Part shown: positions 38,377 to 39,812 of the stretch, in pieces
Position numbering within the stretch: position 1 is the stretch's first letter
Layout: the number at the start of each line of letters is the position of its first letter
Origin: Bacilli bacterium
Lineage (GTDB): Bacteria; Bacillota_I; Bacilli_A; RF39; UBA660
Reading direction: 5' to 3'
Assembly (NCBI GenBank): GCA_035379765.1
Contig: DAOSVX010000001.1
Span: 1 to 39,812 of the forward strand
DNA length: 39,812 bases
The notes under the pieces: model-generated
What the model was told of the DNA's origin: nothing
Database searches by the model: none
What the model saw: the letters and a program-made list of their open reading frames with translations, nothing else
Translations under genes and position numbers: made by a program

Positions 38377-39504
38377 CTATTTATTTTGCAATAATAAATG
38401 CTTTGATTCTGAAGATATATCTGCATAAAGGGACCCTTTATTTCTAATAACAGCTTTCTCTATTCCAATATATTCTTCATAATCCAAAAGTTCAAAAGGA
38501 TAATTTTTGCCAAAAAGTTCATGATGAATTAAAAATGGATAACAATATCTAATTTTAGTTTTGGGGTTTAATGTATAATCATCAGACGGCATTGCTTTTC
38601 TAACTAATTTTAAATTTCTAAAGTCTTCCCATAAACAGCCATAAGGACTATTTATAAATAATTGGATCATTTCTTCTTCAGTTAAATAAAAATAATCACT
38701 AGGTATTATTCCTTTTTGATCCATAAACTTTAAAATTTCACCAAAAAGAGCCATAGAATATCTACTTTCTTTAGATATTAATCTAGACATATATATATGA
38801 ATTGCATCAAAAAAATCTAGTGTATCAATAGTTTTACCCCAAAAATCTACTATACATAATTCTTTACCATATTTTTTTCTTTTTTCATCTATAATATAAT
38901 CATTAGGGTTTTTATATTGAAAACAAGGATATACAAGTTTAGCCAATTGCTCTGTTTTTCTTAAACTAAATCTTTTAGCCCATATATGAGTAGAAGATAA
39001 TATGCCATCCAATCGGTCAATACATAAAGCTGGTCTATCTTTATCAACAATAGGAAACTTACTTACATCAGAAATTGTAGCAATATCTATTTTATCTTCA
39101 GCCAATAACTTTTTAGCTAAAGGATCTTTAGAAATAATTGTATAAACATCCATTTCATCGGCATCTTGCCAACCTTCATTGCCTTCTTTAAAAGATCTTA
39201 CATGAGCAAAAGGATAAGTCCCCGCATCATGAAATCTAGCAGCTAAGGCTTGTTTAAATCTACCAGTATATAGCAAAGTTAGAAAGGCACAAACTCTACT
39301 ATGGTCATCACGAGAATAAAAATCGCCAGGAATTAACTTTGGGATACCAACATAATCCATTCCACAAAAATAGCCAATGTTTTTCAAACGCTTTAAACAT
39401 TCAACTTCATCATATCTAATTAATCTTGCATATAATTTAGGATAAAACTTTTTAGCTAATTCTTCAAAATAATCAACATAAGCTTTAGAAGATATTTTAA
39501 TCAT
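38377..39504 (-). CDS. HD-domain-containing protein (putative metal-dependent phosphohydrolase)
   Basis: 375 aa. The H...HD signature appears as DHSRV...ARFHDAGTYPFAH. No finer assignment is possible. Confidence 0.55.
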   Translation of the reverse strand: MIKISSKAYVDYFEELAKKFYPKLYARLIRYDEVECLKRLKNIGYFCGMDYVGIPKLIPGDFYSRDDHSRVCAFLTLLYTGRFKQALAARFHDAGTYPFAHVRSFKEGNEGWQDADEMDVYTIISKDPLAKKLLAEDKIDIATISDVSKFPIVDKDRPALCIDRLDGILSSTHIWAKRFSLRKTEQLAKLVYPCFQYKNPNDYIIDEKRKKYGKELCIVDFWGKTIDTLDFFDAIHIYMSRLISKESRYSMALFGEILKFMDQKGIIPSDYFYLTEEEMIQLFINSPYGCLWEDFRNLKLVRKAMPSDDYTLNPKTKIRYCYPFLIHHELFGKNYPFELLDYEEYIGIEKAVIRNKGSLYADISSESKHLLLQNK

Positions 39505-39576
39505 AGAAGAATGCTCCTTTTTTCTTAAATATTATAAAGGTTTTTTTATAATAAGCAAGATAAAATTCTCTTCTAT

Positions 39577-39812
39577 TTATTTTAACTTTTTCTTTTTAAA
39601 CCAATTAATTAAAAATAAAATACCAATTAGAAATGCTGAACCACTTATGATAGAACCATTTATTAAAATGTCTACCAGAGTAACACCATTAAATTTAAAT
39701 ATTAACATAACAATATAAAATAAACCTGCTAAATTAAATACTATGCCACCCACTATTTCATACTTCCAAGAAATAATTAATACACTAAGTAGTATTAAAG
39801 TCGGAATATTAT
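39577..39812 (-). CDS. Small membrane protein, C-terminal part. The gene runs off the right window edge.
   Basis: My minus-strand translation reads ...NIPTLILLSVLIISWKYEIVGGIVFNLAGLFYIVMLIFKFNGVTLVDILINGSIISGSAFLIGILFLINWFKKKKLK*. It contains hydrophobic helices, and the stop codon is at 39579-39577. Confidence 0.4.
   Translation of the reverse strand, partial: NIPTLILLSVLIISWKYEIVGGIVFNLAGLFYIVMLIFKFNGVTLVDILINGSIISGSAFLIGILFLINWFKKKKLK

Noticed and set aside
1-39812. Possible alternative genetic code (UGA=Trp, Mollicutes-like), given the AT-richness
   Set aside because: All conserved genes are full-length under the standard code, and at least one gene (DHH, 2017-2019) appears to end at TGA. 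There is no positive evidence for reassignment, although it cannot be formally excluded from this window.
1-39812. CRISPR arrays, IS elements, transposases or rRNA genes
   Set aside because: I saw no regularly spaced direct repeats, terminal inverted repeats, transposase or integrase ORFs, or rRNA signatures. The only significant repeat pair is the DGR TR/VR.

Overview
This is a very AT-rich, Firmicutes-type chromosomal segment (Bacilli, Erysipelotrichia or cell-walled Mollicutes relatives, judged by synteny and protein similarity). Most genes are on the minus strand and are housekeeping genes in Bacillus-like order: rpoZ, ffh-ylxM-ftsY, rnj, rny-recA-pgsA-ymfM/rodZ-like, rnpB-gpsB, recU-ponA, nth-dnaD, cca, ezrA, rpsD, mscL, three ABC exporters, a family-4 UDG and an N-domain-less ClpB. 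A few uncharacterised genes lie toward the right end. The standout is a complete, apparently non-phage diversity-generating retroelement (DGR) of about 4 kb (9548-13631), wedged between rnj and rny. It has a 578-aa target gene behind its own consensus promoter, and that protein begins with a prepilin-type (type IV pilin-like) cleavage/methylation signal. It ends in an FGE/C-type-lectin-like domain whose last ~44 codons are the variable repeat (VR, 11851-11983). A 133-bp template repeat (TR, 11516-11648) differs from VR at 17 positions, 15 of them template adenines. Downstream sits an overlapping operon of a 122-aa 'mini-MutS' (MutS mismatch-binding domain I fused directly to the MutS extreme C-terminal helix motif), an Avd-like four-helix-bundle protein and a DGR-type reverse transcriptase (IGxxxSQ and YMDD motifs). 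A stop-codon-spanning hairpin sits exactly where VR and TR homology ends. Also supported are tRNA-Ala(UGC), a type-B RNase P RNA, several intrinsic terminators and consensus promoters. The gene running off the left edge is a C39-peptidase ABC exporter. All calls come from reading the sequence and the ORF translations, and no database search was possible.
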